Shown here: in pieces, positions 1-12,493 of the stretch
Numbering within the stretch: position 1 is the stretch's first letter
Layout: each line of letters starts with the position of its first letter
From: Amoebophrya sp. A120
Taxonomy: Eukaryota > Protista > Dinoflagellata
Direction of reading: 5' to 3'
NCBI GenBank assembly: GCA_905178155.1
Contig: CAJINV010000011.1
Location: forward strand, 829,982-893,981
DNA: 64,000 nt
Made by a program: the position numbers and the translations under genes
The notes under the pieces: model-generated
What the model was told of the DNA's origin: nothing
The model's database searches: none
Seen by the model: the letters and a program-made list of their open reading frames with translations, nothing else

Positions 1-2370
1 CGCGGGCGTGAAGCGGGGTCTGCAGACTGTCGAGGAATTTCAGCCTACCTCAGACCCAAACCTGCTAAAGGATGAGTACGGAAACACGCACGAACGCGAA
101 GATGTCCCCGTGTCGCCCACGGAGAGTGAGGCCGTGCAGTCGGAGCACAGCAGCGACAGTCCGAGTGAGGACAAATCTGGCAGCACCTCCGGGGAGGGCG
201 AGGGCGCGAACTATCAAAGTGAAAAAAGCCCCCACCCCATATCGGAAACGGAAGATGCGCGAATTTGTGATGCTGCATTTGAGTACACAAATCGACTTGT
301 ATTGCTAGAAGGCCAAGAGACGAAGCTGCGGCCTAAATTGCGGGCAGTCTGTCATGCTGTTTCCCACTTCCAGTTGCCTCCTGTCATCCTGGAGCTGCAA
401 GGCTTGCCCACGCTAGGCAGCATTACAGTCCGCATCTTTTGCCTTCTAGCATCACAAAGCTGATTTGTGGCCACAAATCTGCATCGCAGATTTCCGCTTT
501 GATATGGGGAGGGGGCATTTTCATTGTAATACGAACTTTGCGAAAAAAGTCTACACCGCGATCCCCATCCCCTTTGACTTCTTCGGCTATCCACAGGAAA
601 TTTCCCGTACACGTCCAAATGTGGCTTCCGCATTACAAACTTTTCCTTCGAACCTCTTCAGCATGACAAGTTGCTTCTTCTAAGTTGGTGAAATTTGTGA
701 TGCATTTTGTACGCGTGCGGGAATTATTTGTATTGCATATCAGCATCGGAAAAAGGACGGCCAGCGCGGCGGACACGTATCTCCTTAATCCCATCGTCGG
801 GGCCGCGGTAACGGGGGCGAGGCAAACGCTGTATCAGAGTCAGTTTCTTTTTGTCGTTACGTTTTGATTTATTTTCACACAGTCAGATCCAGACGTGATG
901 TCAAAAGATGTTTTCTGGTACGAAGTACAACGGAATTATTCGCATTGGAATGCAAAAGTAGAAGAAAAAAAACGCAGGATAGATGATGATGATGATGATG
1001 ATGAAACCAGGTTGCCGCAGCTGGAAAAGTGGGCTGGTGTCGACACGGAGAAGGCACAAGCGAAGGAAGCCAGAAACCGGAAGCGCATGCGTGCCAAGGG
1101 CGGAAACAGCAAAAAGCGCACCAAATCGGCCGAGAGACAGATGAACGAGAGGTACTGTTTTTAGTTTTACTTAAGGATCATGAGTAGAAGAATGCTCATG
1201 CTGTTTCTTGCTGTTGCGTGAGAACAAAGAGGATCTTTACGGTTGTCGTTGCTCGCTACACAACTTTCCTGGACATCAAGAAATACAACCCTTATTTCTT
1301 GATGCACAAATAAACGAATCATCCAACAGTGAGCTTCAACAGCAGCTTTTGAACGAATCGGCCATGCAAGGCGAGCCGGAGACCGAACCGCACACGAACA
1401 ACTCGACCGTCATGAACACGCCGCGGGGCGTGATGACGAGGCCATCGCAATCCTACATGCAGCCCATGCTGACACCCCGAGGGATATGGAGATGAAAAAG
1501 GTTTTTTTCTTGCTCGTTGCGGAGGAACAAACACAAAGTAAAGGTTGGAGCCAGGTGCTGCTGCACGCAGTACATCTGTGTCTCGAAATGCATGTTGACA
1601 GAAATAACCGTCATAGATGAGCAGCCTTTAGCTGCACGGCGTTCCAAGCTGCTGCAACTTACTCGAGTACTCGTACTGAAAGATCCCCAGCAACAAGAGC
1701 GTCAAGGGACTTTTTCATCCCGATACCCCCAGATGGTCCGACCGTCGGCGCAATCCTACATGGACGATGTCGACCCCAGCGGAATGGGATCCATTGTCGC
1801 CTCCGAGGCCAGTATTGTACGTTTTTTTGTCGTCATGCATAGAACAACGTCTCCTACTCCTACAGCTGCAACTGCTGCTTTATTTCTCATGCGCATAATT
1901 GTCAACTCCAAAAAATGGAAGTTGAAACCGAAACGTTTAAAAACTCATTTAGATGGCACGCTTTCAGAGCGGGAGAGGAAGAAAATGGAACTGCTCGGCA
2001 TCGGCGGAAGGTACAGGAAAGTTTTGGACGATGATGCTTGTCATCAGGCACCAGTTCACTGAAAGTGTTGTCCGTGTCCCAGCACCAGTGAGGACTGTCT
2101 CATGCTGATGCACTGTGAAGATAAAGATGTTGCACAACAAAAACAACATTTGATAAATACGTCAGTTTCCAGCCACTGTACGCGCGTATGAACAAGTCCT
2201 GGGATTTCCCGCTAAACAAGACCGAAGTCAATGACCGCCTGACCTTGGGCCTGCACTTTGAGAACAAGGAGCTGAAGCAGGACGCTGCCATGCGGTTCAA
2301 CCGGCAAACCATCCAAGACTGGCGGGGCGGATCGCAGCACGAGCCGTTGGCAATCCGGGAGGCGCCCTAG
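1..2370 (+). CDS. 5'-truncated multi-exon gene, product unknown; exons approx. <1-211, 537-587, 745-838, 887-~1151, further exons uncertain, last exon ending 2370
   Basis: Frame is restored across two introners (GEGAN|FAKKVYT...FDFFG|IGKRTAS). Downstream exon structure is guessed from ORF pieces and GT-AG signals. No recognisable domain. Confidence 0.45.
212..531. mobile_element. Introner, family C (TIR TATCA..AAAA.CCCCC.CCCCATATC)
   Basis: TAT...ATA inverted ends; perfect DR CGAAC (207-211/532-536); removal restores frame. Confidence 0.9.
588..739. mobile_element. Introner, degenerate singleton
   Basis: Imperfect TIR (tatccacaggaaatttcccgtac / gtgcgggaattatttgtattgcata); DR TCGGC/TCAGC; frame restored. 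Confidence 0.75.
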
Positions 2371-3965
2371 AAGTGGAGATTTGTTTGCAGTGGACGCAGT
2401 ATTTTTGTTCGCAGGGCCACCAAGGGGTACAAGTACAACGGGTATTAACCTTGAAAACCACAAGCACTACTAGTGCTGCTTTTGATTTTTTTCACACGGT
2501 GCCACGGGATTGCTATTTGATTTCGTGTGCTGGCCAAGCAACTTCACCTCTTTACTCTTTTACTATACCTTATCAACAAGATCGAAGCACAAGCTAGCAG
2601 CAGCTTTGCCTTATTAAACTTCAAACTTTACACACCTTATTTGACAAGCAACTTTACACTGTTTGAGAACATCGCGATTTATAACTTTACCATACCGAAT
2701 CAGCATCAAGAACCACCCTGCCGCTCACGTTTTTTTGAACCACTCCATCACCAGAGGCGGTTTTGGTGGTGGGCGTGTGCCGCTTTTTTTATGCCCTCTT
2801 CCTTGTACAAAAATACGAAAATACCTTGAGGTAGATGTTTCAGGCAGAGGCGAAATAGACCGATGGCAGAGTATAGGATTGATGAAAGCAATAGCAAAAT
2901 AATATTCACATATCAGCTCGCAGGTACAGCTAATGAATGGCAAAATGAAATCGAAATGCGGGTGGTGTATCGACATAATAATTTGGTATTCAAGAAGAAC
3001 TACTTCTAGACACACAGTTTCAGAAAAATAAAGAATCCAGACATGACACCTACCATATAACTGTACAATATGAAAATTTTGTAAATTTCAAGGCATATTA
3101 GGAGCAGAAAATAAGCAACTGATTTTCCACGCCTCGCTTGCGTCTAGCTTCTTGCATCGCTCGTGTCACTCGACACTCTCGATGGCTGGTGACTAGAACG
3201 ATAATTTTTAGCAATGCGCACATCGCAGGGGACTTTTCACCAGCACACACTAGTCGTCGATTTTTATAGGAAAATCCGAATAACTGAAACGGACTAGGAC
3301 ATCATTTTCATTCACAAAGAACATCTGCTTCTGCATATAAAACTTCATCCTGATAATTAGAAATACACGACGATACCTCCTGCCAGAGCCTGGGATTGCG
3401 CTGGCTTACGTTGGAACAGTGCAATTTTTGTCTTGACAAAAGTACAAAGGATATAAGGTGTAACGGGAGCTAGTCATTACTTAGCACCGTTGCGGCACAA
3501 TGAACTTTGCAGTGTCACCAGTAGCCGCTGTTGCCGAATTGCGTTTGCTTTGCGCTAGAGTTTACGTCTTAGCTTTATTCCTCGAGCGGACCAGAAAGTA
3601 TCTTCAGTTCGCAACTGTCCAGTTGCGGGTGGCTTTTGCATTCTGTGCATTCACGCTGAACGGAGGAGCGAGAGTGCGAGAGGACTGATTAAAGTCGAGA
3701 GACGCTCACGCTACCGTTAGTAATATGAATTCAAACGGAAAAATTGATTACTCTACAACTTGTGGAAGTGGAAGCACAAACGCGGGCGCCAAGAATGTTG
3801 CGTCATTGAATAAACTTCAGCCCTCTACTGCGTCAACATATGTGACACGACCAGTCGAAAGGGTCCACCCTACTTTCCCGCGTAAGTACGACGCCACTGC
3901 CTGCCTGGCCGGCCGACCCGTTTTTCGACGACGTTGGCGTATCTTGCACCTTCCCGATCTTCCAA

Positions 3966-6900
3966 ATGGATCCGTCTTTCACGACCACCCAAGCCGACCC
4001 TCCGCCGCAGCACCTTGTGGTGGGTGTGCAGCTTTCGGCGCCTTCGAAGCGAAAGGAACTAATTCGTCAAGCGGAGCACGACCTCCCGGGTGCGCCGTGT
4101 GCGAGGACAGCAGCACAACAAAATGGCGGACATCAACTTCTTAGCATCAACCTGGAGGACTGCACCGTTGTGGTAAATCCAGCGGAAAGAACGGGAAAAG
4201 CCAGGAACACTTCTTCTTTTATTCGAGGTGATGTTCTTGTGCAAGACCAACACCTCGCACTTCCAGACGATGGCGCAGGAGGAGACCGAGCCTACCACCT
4301 CCACACGGATAATAATTCCGTTAGCTCGCTCGAAGGTTCTAACTCTGGTCTGTCTGACTACGCACCGAGCCTGGAGTTTGCGGTCGATGCGATCTTTGAC
4401 ACCACGAGTGCAAAAGTATCTCCTGCTGACGACGACGATACGGATGGCAGGAGTAAATCGGGAAAAGACGTATCTATCATGATGTTTTGTGGTGCCTAAC
4501 GTTGACTTAGTTATTTGTTTTCACCTTTAGTGCAGTCTGTGTCCTGTCTGGCATGTTATGATCCATTACTCCTTTACAAACATGTACGCCTGCATGTGAA
4601 ATGGAAATCGCAGTCATCGTCTAGTTTGTGCATGGCGGTGTGAAAAAGGAATACCTACGTGATGGCGATCCTCCCTTACAAACGATCGTATCAGGTATCC
4701 ACCTACTTCGCCACGGCCCTCGCCAAGGACGCTATCCAGGGCGTCAACGCCTGCCTGTTCGCTTACGGTGCGGCGCGAACGGGAAAGAGCTCTGCGATTT
4801 TCGGAACAGAAGCAGAAGACGGGGTCTACGCAAAGCTATTGGAGCAGTTGCTTTCTGCCTTTATTGACCGCCCAGAGGATCATACGGAGACAGTTTCACC
4901 GGTGGTGGAGGACGATGCAGGAACACCAGGGGACGGGGAATATAAAACGCAGAACACCGTCCCTAAAAGCACGACCTCTAACACCACGACGCTGGGCGTG
5001 AGCATTTTTGAAATTTTATCCTGAGTAAAAACGTACCCACACCATGGTCAAGATGGGGAATCGGCTAGACAAATCCACAAGTTTTGGCTGTTTTGCATGA
5101 CAAATTTGGATTCGTAGTATAGTGCTGTTTCAGCTAGCTCAGCAGCATCACAGATCTAGCATACCATGCTGAGTGGAGCATGACAAATTGCAAAGCACGA
5201 CTAGAAAATGCTTCTCATGGAGCTCCGCATGAGAAACATTTTCAGCATGCAGATTTGCATTACAACTCTGGTGTGGGTACGTTTTTACTCAGGATAAGTT
5301 TTCCACGACCGCGCGCGCGACTTGCTGGACGCTGCCGGGTCTATCAAATGTAAAAATGTCTGGGTCTGGAAGAATGCAACTTGTCATGCTAAATCTGGAT
5401 CATGTAAAAATCTGTGTTGCGTGATTACCAAAAGCTGTCCACTGTTAACCTATTCGAGAGGCAGTTTCTCATGCAGGATAGGCATCACATAACTCTCACA
5501 GAATCTGTCATGCTCTGTCCTACATACCAGACCTCATATGTCATGGAAAACCTGCATGACAAGTCTGGCTTTCTTCCAGACCCAGACATTTTTACATTTG
5601 ATAGGGTCGAAAACGGTGCAACTGAAGGAGCATCCGGTGTATGGCATGCTGCTGCCGAACCTGCACCGGCAAACCGTCGCAACGGTCGAAGACGCGAAGT
5701 TTTGCCTGGATTTCGCCCTGAAAAAGCGCGCGTTGCAGCAGGGCGTCGTGTTTTCCGAGACGCGCGGAACGGTCTGCGCCATGGTGGAAATCATCACGGT
5801 TGTGGGCGGCAGTGGCTGCTCTGCTCCTACTGCTACAACAGCTTGTTCGCACACTCAAAATCACCTCACCACCACGCCAGCACAGAACCACCGTGAGAGC
5901 AGCAACGCCTGCGCGAGCTCCACCACATCCGCGACTTGGTCGGAGGCAACTCAGATGCTGCTGACGCCAAACAGCGACGCTACGGTTAATCTCGACCAAC
6001 CGCTAAAACCTACCAGATTGAGTTACAACAACAATAATCTTGATCTTCGCAGTTCCTCCAGCAGAAAACACTCCTCGTCGCACAGTGTAGTCAACAAGAA
6101 CGCCGGTAGTTCGTTGACCGCGTCTACGTTGTCTGCGAGAGGAGGCAGTAAGACTGGCTCTAGTGTTACAGGTACAGCAGGTGACCACGTCGTGATGAAT
6201 TCGAGCTTTGTGGCACGGAGAGCCACGGCGGGAACGAACGCGTCAGGTCGTAGTTGTAACGAGATTCAGGTTGGAGCAGGTTCCTGCTTTGTTCCGGAAG
6301 TAGGAACGTCGACACCGAGAGAAGTAGAGCAGGGTGGAGCATCATCTTCGCATACTTTGTTCCATCAGCCGCAACTGGACCGCAAGCGCAGCGTGGTTCT
6401 CCTCGTGGACCTTCCGGGTTGTAGTAAAGTGCCTGGTACATCACCGATGAATTCTGACCGAGATCACTACCTGAACCTGAGCGACAATACAACTAAAGCC
6501 TCCTCGACCACCAACCCGTCCCTTGCCAACCTGACGCACTGCATCAACCTCCTTGCCTCCGAGCCCTCGGAATGCATTCCTTGGACGGCGTCGCAATTGA
6601 CCATTCTGTTGAAGGAAACCCTGACCTCCAATTGCCGCACTTACATGCTCGCCTGTGTGGCAAACAGCAACTGTGATGTTGAAAACACGGTCGCAACGTT
6701 GAAGCTGGCGCAAAATGTGCGCTCTTTGCAAACCACCGCCCGCGTGAATGCGTACTCGCACTTGGAGGTCGTGCATCGGTTAACCGCGGAGAAGAAAGAA
6801 CTGGAACGAAGTGCGGAAAGTGAGGAAAAGACCGATTTACTACGGGAGGAAATCGAGTTCCGCGAATCTCTGTTGCAGTTTTTCCAAAAGGAGTGGCGGT

Positions 6901-9900
6901 CCTGTCTTTCTGCGCAGTACCGAGCGAGAATGGTCAGTGCGCTGGGGCGGTTGGGGATTTTGTCTACTACTTCTTCCTCGGGGTCCTCATCTGCAACAGG
7001 CACCTCCACTGGGGCGGATCAGCTGATCCTGGACGGCCACACCAAGCCGAACCACGAGGGAACATCAGCACGGAAGAACGCAAAAATTATCACCCTCGTC
7101 AACGAGAGCGACGACCGGCTGCTGCGCGGACGGTTGCAGTACCAGTTTGTCTGCGACGAGGCGGGTGTGTCGGAGAACGCAGAAGATCATGAAATGGTGC
7201 ATCAAGCTGCACCTTGTCGCCGCCTCGTGGTAGGGAGCCCGCCGGGGGCTGTAGTATCGCGGCCACAGCAGTCACCAAACGAAATGGCTTCAAACACGAG
7301 CAAGAGCGGGTCTGTACAAGAACTCGCAGGTTCAGAACATCAGCAAAACGGCGCCAAAATGAATTATGCCCCGATTGTCCTAGCCGGCCTCGGAGTCCCC
7401 GAAGCGGAGGTCTGCTCGTTTAGCGTTGTCGCGAAGGAAGAGGCCACTAATACTGGCCTGGGCGGCGTCGACGAGGAGGAAATTTCTACCACAAAAAATG
7501 AACTGGTCTTGGAGGTGCACGCGCCAAATCCGTTTTCCTCCCTCGAACTGGGATCCTCTTCCTCTCGGGGAGCTGACGGCGTCAGCGTTCTTACCCCTAC
7601 ATGTTCCCAACCAGCGGCGACCCCCTCCTCGCTCACCACCTGCTCCGCTGTTTCCGTTTGGGGGAGAACGTTGAAATTTGGCGAAAGTTGCGTCTGCAAG
7701 CACGGCGATTTGATTTTGATCGGCCGCGCGTTTCTGTTTCGGGTGGTGGTGTCTAGTAGAAGTACTGTGGACCCTGGTACTTCGTCCACAAGCGACGTAG
7801 TTCACGAGGGGAATAACAGTGACACGAGCATTTCGCAACTATCGACAAAAATGTCGTCCCTCCTCAGTTCTGCGGACTCCGACAGCTACAGCGAATTAAA
7901 GCTCTACATCGAGGACGTTCACGAGAAAATGGGGGAAGAAGCCGGGACCGCGTTTCTCGCCACCTTGCAGGAAGCCTGCCACTGTTATCAAATGCAAATA
8001 TCCCTGGATGTCTGGAAGGATCCGAATTTGTCATGCGTGTTTCGGATCCTACAAAGATCTGTGATGCAGAACGCGTAAAATCAAAATGAAAATATGCCCA
8101 CTTCTGGCCATGCTGAGAGGGCATTTCTCATGCAGAATACGCATTACCAAGGAGCTGCAGAACCTGTGATGCTAGGCCCTGCATTCCAGACGTGGGGGAG
8201 CTTGAAAAAACTGCATGACAAGTCTCGGAATCTCCCAGACCCAGACACTTTTGCATTTGATAACTGCGTGGACGAAGCAAACTTGATCAGTCGCGAGGTG
8301 AGGCCAAAGGACGGGTTATCACGAAGAAGAATCCCCCTCCCCCTTTCAAAACGAAGCTTCTGATGCTGAATTGCGTACACAAATCAGCCTTGTCTTGCAG
8401 TAGAGGAACTGCAGACCCATATCAAGCCTGAGTAGGAGAGGTTTTGGCCTAAGCGCTCAGCATGACAAAAGTCCATGCTTAGACCCAACACCATCACAAA
8501 CCGCCGGCATGATGCGGGGGGATTTTTCCTCGCGATACGGGCTGAAGCTGGAAGTGGAGTTCATTTGGGACATCTACCGCGAAAATCACGAAGAAGTTTT
8601 AGTCATCCGCGTGATGCAAGTCGTTTTGGCGGATAGCTACGTTTTAGAAGCGGGACAACATCTCCAAAACCAGCAGCAGCAATTGCTGCACTACTGGACC
8701 TATGCATTGCAAAAGTACTATCGCACTCGTATGAATGCAAGTCTGGCATGACAGATCTGTTCTTTTACCTTATTCTGCATGATAAATTTCAATTTTCCAC
8801 CTTTATTTGGAAAAATTTGTCATGCGCTGACTAAAACTAATAGGTAGTGCGATACTTCTGCAATGCATATTAGCTACTCCCGGTTTCGGCAGCGGTTGGA
8901 GGCCATGCGGAACGTGTACGCGCAGCGGACGGAGTTCTATCAAATGCAAAAATGTCTGGGTCTGGAAGAGTGCCAGGTTTGTCATGCATATTTTGAATGA
9001 TCCATGATGTCTGTGATGCATGCCCTAGCATTACAAGTTTTTAGAGGACTCTGTGATGCCTCTACCGCATGAGAAATGCCCTTTCCGCGTAGCACAAACT
9101 GGATTCCTCTTGCTGGTCACGCAATACAATTTTTTTTTAGAATCCATAGACAGCATTACAAGTTTAGAATCTTACAGACCCAGACATTTTTGCAATCCAT
9201 AAGTTCACGAAGGGGGATATTTTGACCGATCCCTGGTGCGAACCGGTGCAGTTTGGGGACTTGGCGAACAAAGTCTCGTCTGCTGTCCCGGTTGCGGAGT
9301 TCGAATTGAAGAAGCGAGAAGTTTTGCTGAAACAGCTGGAGCAGAGTTTGTCGCAAAAAGACGTCGAAATAAACAGACGGGTCGCGGAGGAACACTATCA
9401 AGGGGGTTCTACTTTCGATGTTCTTGATGTAGGTAATACTGGTCGCGAGGTGCGGAGTGCTACTGGTCTGAGCAGCAGTAGCTGTGCTGCGGTCCTCCAA
9501 GTCGAAGATGGCACGACGCCGGTTGTACTACGAGGTGCGAGGACCACCTCTGGCGGGGGATCGTTTTCTGTGGAGTACCACCAAGGCACAGATCGTACAA
9601 CGGCCCGTCTAGACCAGAGTTTTGCAAGCACGGCAATCAGCGCAAGTAGTACAACAGCACGCGCGGGCGGAGGCTTACAAAGCGGGCGGAGTAGCAGGAC
9701 CGGAAGCACGGGGCTCCGAGTGCCGACAGTATAGACTTGTTTTCTTCACATCAGATTTCATCATCAAGTGGGCATTTCAGCGTATTTGTTTTTGTTATTT
9801 GTCAGTGCTGCTGTTTACGAGATCATGCCTAGAAATTCAGAAAAAAACTTCACAGGCTCGCGGCCATCAACACCAGCAACTCCACGGAAAACTGACGTCT

Positions 9901-11852
9901 AGGGGATCAAGAACAGCAGGTGGTTTACTCTCAGCCCGTACAGCACACGGCTCTGGCCTACCGCCGCACCAACCGACGGTAATATTTAAGGCACAAACCG
10001 CCACAGACCAACCAAGTAGTGCAGCTTCCACCGCGGCGGTAAGGGCGCAGATTTTGCAGCTGAACCAAAAGGCCAATAAAGCAGAGGAGCAGGTTGAGAA
10101 ATTGAAAACCGAGTTGCAAGAAGTAACAGAGTCGAAAGACAGCGAAATTCTGTTTCTGCAAGACCAACTGCGGGATAAATTAGAAGAAATCACGACTTTG
10201 CAGAATTTTCTCGAAATCAGCAATCGGGAAAATCGCATGCGCGAAGACCATTTGCACGATTTGAAAGAGTATCAAATGCAAAAATGTCTGGGTCTGGAAG
10301 AATGCAAGATTTGTCATGCATATTTCTCATGACCCATGATGCCTGTAATGTATGCCCTAGCATCACAGGTTTTTTAGGGATTCCTGATGCCCACTCCGCA
10401 TGACAAATGCCCTCTCCGCGTAGCAAAAATTAGATTCCTTTTGCTGCTCATGCAACACAAATTTTTTAGACATCGAAACGCAGCATCACAAGTTGCATTC
10501 TTCCAGACCCAGACATTTTTACATTTGATAAAGAAAAAGTGCGGGATAAAGAGAAACTCATCGAGCAATACGAGGAAAAAGCGAGTCGGGGAATACTCGG
10601 GCTGCGGACAACGTCTTCCAGCACCGCTACTGCTGCGAGCAGCGTGAATGCGAATGTGCCAGCACATAACGCAACTGCAGGTGCGGGGTTTATTGCTAGC
10701 GGTGGCGGAATGCAGGCGTCTACCTCTACGGCAGCTGGAAGTGCAGTGGTGCACCACGTAGCTCAACAACCTGTAAGCGTTCCGCAGTACACGAGCGCCG
10801 CGCATCATCCGCAGCAGTCAGTGATGGCGCAGCATCAGCAGTCCTCGGCCCACGTTCATCACGTAGTACCTCCGCAGCCGCACTTCGTGCAGACGAATGT
10901 TGCGGCAACGACTGCAGGGATCATCGCAGCAAAAAGCTCATACTCGACTGCGGGTTTGGTACCCCCGCAGGCAAATGCAAATGCAAACTCTTCCTACCGG
11001 ATAGGAGCTTCCTCACCTAGAAAGAGCACCAACGAGAAGTCGTACACCAGCGTCAACAGATCTTCCGCACACAGTACTTCCCAAAACCCAGCTGTCCACT
11101 CTATAGAAAAGAGACAACGCCCTACAATCGCCGCTTCCCGAAAGCAGGAATCTGGTACAAGTCCGCACAAGCTCCGCGCGCAGTCACCGAGACCTGCGGA
11201 GAAGCAGAAAAGCATTCGGGCGCAATCGCCGAGACCAGGTGGAGGTGGAGCGGCAGGTGGAGCTCCGGCGGGGACCAGCATTTCCGCCTCCCGGGCGAAA
11301 TCGCCTCGACCAAGTTCAAACGCAGCTTCTGGCACCGCCGCCCCGCCGCGGGGCCACTCCCCCCGGGGAATGACGAGAACCCAGTCTCCCAGAGGAGTGC
11401 GAGGCACGCGCGCCGGGCCGGGAGCGGGAACTACTTCGGGGACGGGAGGAAGGGTAATGTACATAGAGCATCTTCTTCTTCTCGTTGGTCTTCTTGAGTT
11501 CTGTTTGTACATGTATGTAGCTGCATATTAATTAACGAAAGAACAAATCTTCTGCACGACCGTCCTGCATGAAAATGATGTGCAGCGTCGCTCCCATAAG
11601 TATTTTTTTCCGCAAAATATGCTCTAGGTTGTGAAATTTGCGGCCCCCGCTCCGACCTCGATGATACACCCACCCCGAGTTGTCGACGAGGCACAGCAAC
11701 CTCTACCGGCCCCGCACCCAGTACCCCAACAGACGCCGCAGTTTGTCAGGAAAGAAGGTGTAAGCACGAGGCACCACACCCTGCCACAGCCTGGGATTCT
11801 ACGGGCCATGAAGTTCGTGCCAACGGTGCGAAGTAGCGTGGGTGGGGTTTGA
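3966..11852 (+). CDS. Kinesin-3-like protein (divergent motor domain, FHA-like region, coiled coil, low-complexity tail), ~1,868 aa; join 3966-4469,4695-5016,5302-5341,5609-7985,8268-8316,8543-8700,8875-8937,9207-9728,9841-10269,10536-11453,11628-11852
   Basis: Motor motifs GVNACLFAYGAARTGKS (P-loop), VSIFEIFHDRARDLL, LKEHPVYG, LVDLPG, IPWTASQLTILLKETL, TVATLKLA. FHA-like KHGDLILIG. Kinesin-3 stalk motifs VDEANLISRE, W..SRFRQRLEAMRNVY and DPW appear only after introner removal. Spliced length 5,607 nt is in frame. Confidence 0.85.
5017..5296. mobile_element. Introner, singleton family B
   Basis: 28-bp perfect TIR TATCCTGAGTAAAAACGTACCCACACCA; DR AATTT/AGTTT. Confidence 0.9.
5342..5603. mobile_element. 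Introner, family A (TIR TATCAAATG(T/C)AAAAATGTCTGGGTCTGGAAGA)
   Basis: Perfect ~32-bp TIR; DR GGGTC. Confidence 0.95.
7986..8262. mobile_element. Introner, family A
   Basis: TIR; DR ACTGT/ACTGC. Confidence 0.9.
8317..8537. mobile_element. Introner, family C, internally deleted
   Basis: TIR; DR CGGGT/CGGGC; 221 bp versus ~320 bp for the other C copies. Confidence 0.9.
8701..8869. mobile_element. Introner, family D (TIR TATGCATTGCAAAAGTATCG)
   Basis: TIR; DR decayed (GGACC/TTAGC), but removing the element plus 5 nt restores W-T-Y-S-R-F-R-Q-R-L. Confidence 0.85.
8938..9201. mobile_element. Introner, family A
   Basis: TIR; DR AGTTC. Confidence 0.9.
10270..10530. mobile_element. Introner, family A
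   Basis: TIR; DR AAGAG/AAGAA. Confidence 0.92.
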
Positions 11853-12493
11853 AGGACCCACCATGGTTCAGAATTTTTGAAATTCTAGGCGTAACACGAT
11901 AATTTTCCGAGATTTGAGCAAGATAGAAACTCTTTTTTCTGCGCATAGTTCATGACTTTCATATTTGTGCGACGTTTCAAGAAACTCACAGATAATGACA
12001 ATCTTCACGTTCAGCAACATGTTGACGACGCTCTTGTCTTCTTTCGTAAAGCATTTAAGCACTAGCATGCATAGAAATTCACGGACTTCTTGTTGCGACT
12101 ATCGGCGGTGATGGTCGTGTGAAACCCGTTGGGACATCAGAGCGCTTTAATATCTGTAATCATGTGTGCCTCTCGACGTTTTCGATAAGTTCCTCTTATC
12201 GGCCGCATCGTGTCGGTGTCCGGTTCGGTGTGCAGGTCGGTCTGTGGTCGGTTTTAAGGTTGAACGACGTGGCAGCCACGAGTTCACTAGCAGTTCTTTT
12301 GCTTTCATCTGTGGATCTACACTTACAACAGACTTCTCAACATCGCCAAATATATCTTCCTAGGCTACTTCATCGCTGTGGCTGTGATTCGCAGCCGTGG
12401 CTACCCGACCTTTCACACGTAACCAAGATGTAGTGACCCGTGTTGGAAAGCGGCCGCGTTACAGCGTGGCAAGAAGCAAGACCGAAGTACGCC

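Noticed and set aside
978-1003. (GAT)n microsatellite
   Set aside because: Encodes a poly-Asp run within an exon; unremarkable.
3725-4144. 139-aa ORF as an alternative kinesin N-terminus
   Set aside because: Different frame from the motor domain. The ATG at 3966 directly precedes the first motor beta-strand-like segment.
5342-10530. ~32-bp recurring repeats resembling a CRISPR array
   Set aside because: The repeats are inverted pairs dispersed inside eukaryotic genes. There is no regular direct repeat-spacer array and no cas genes.
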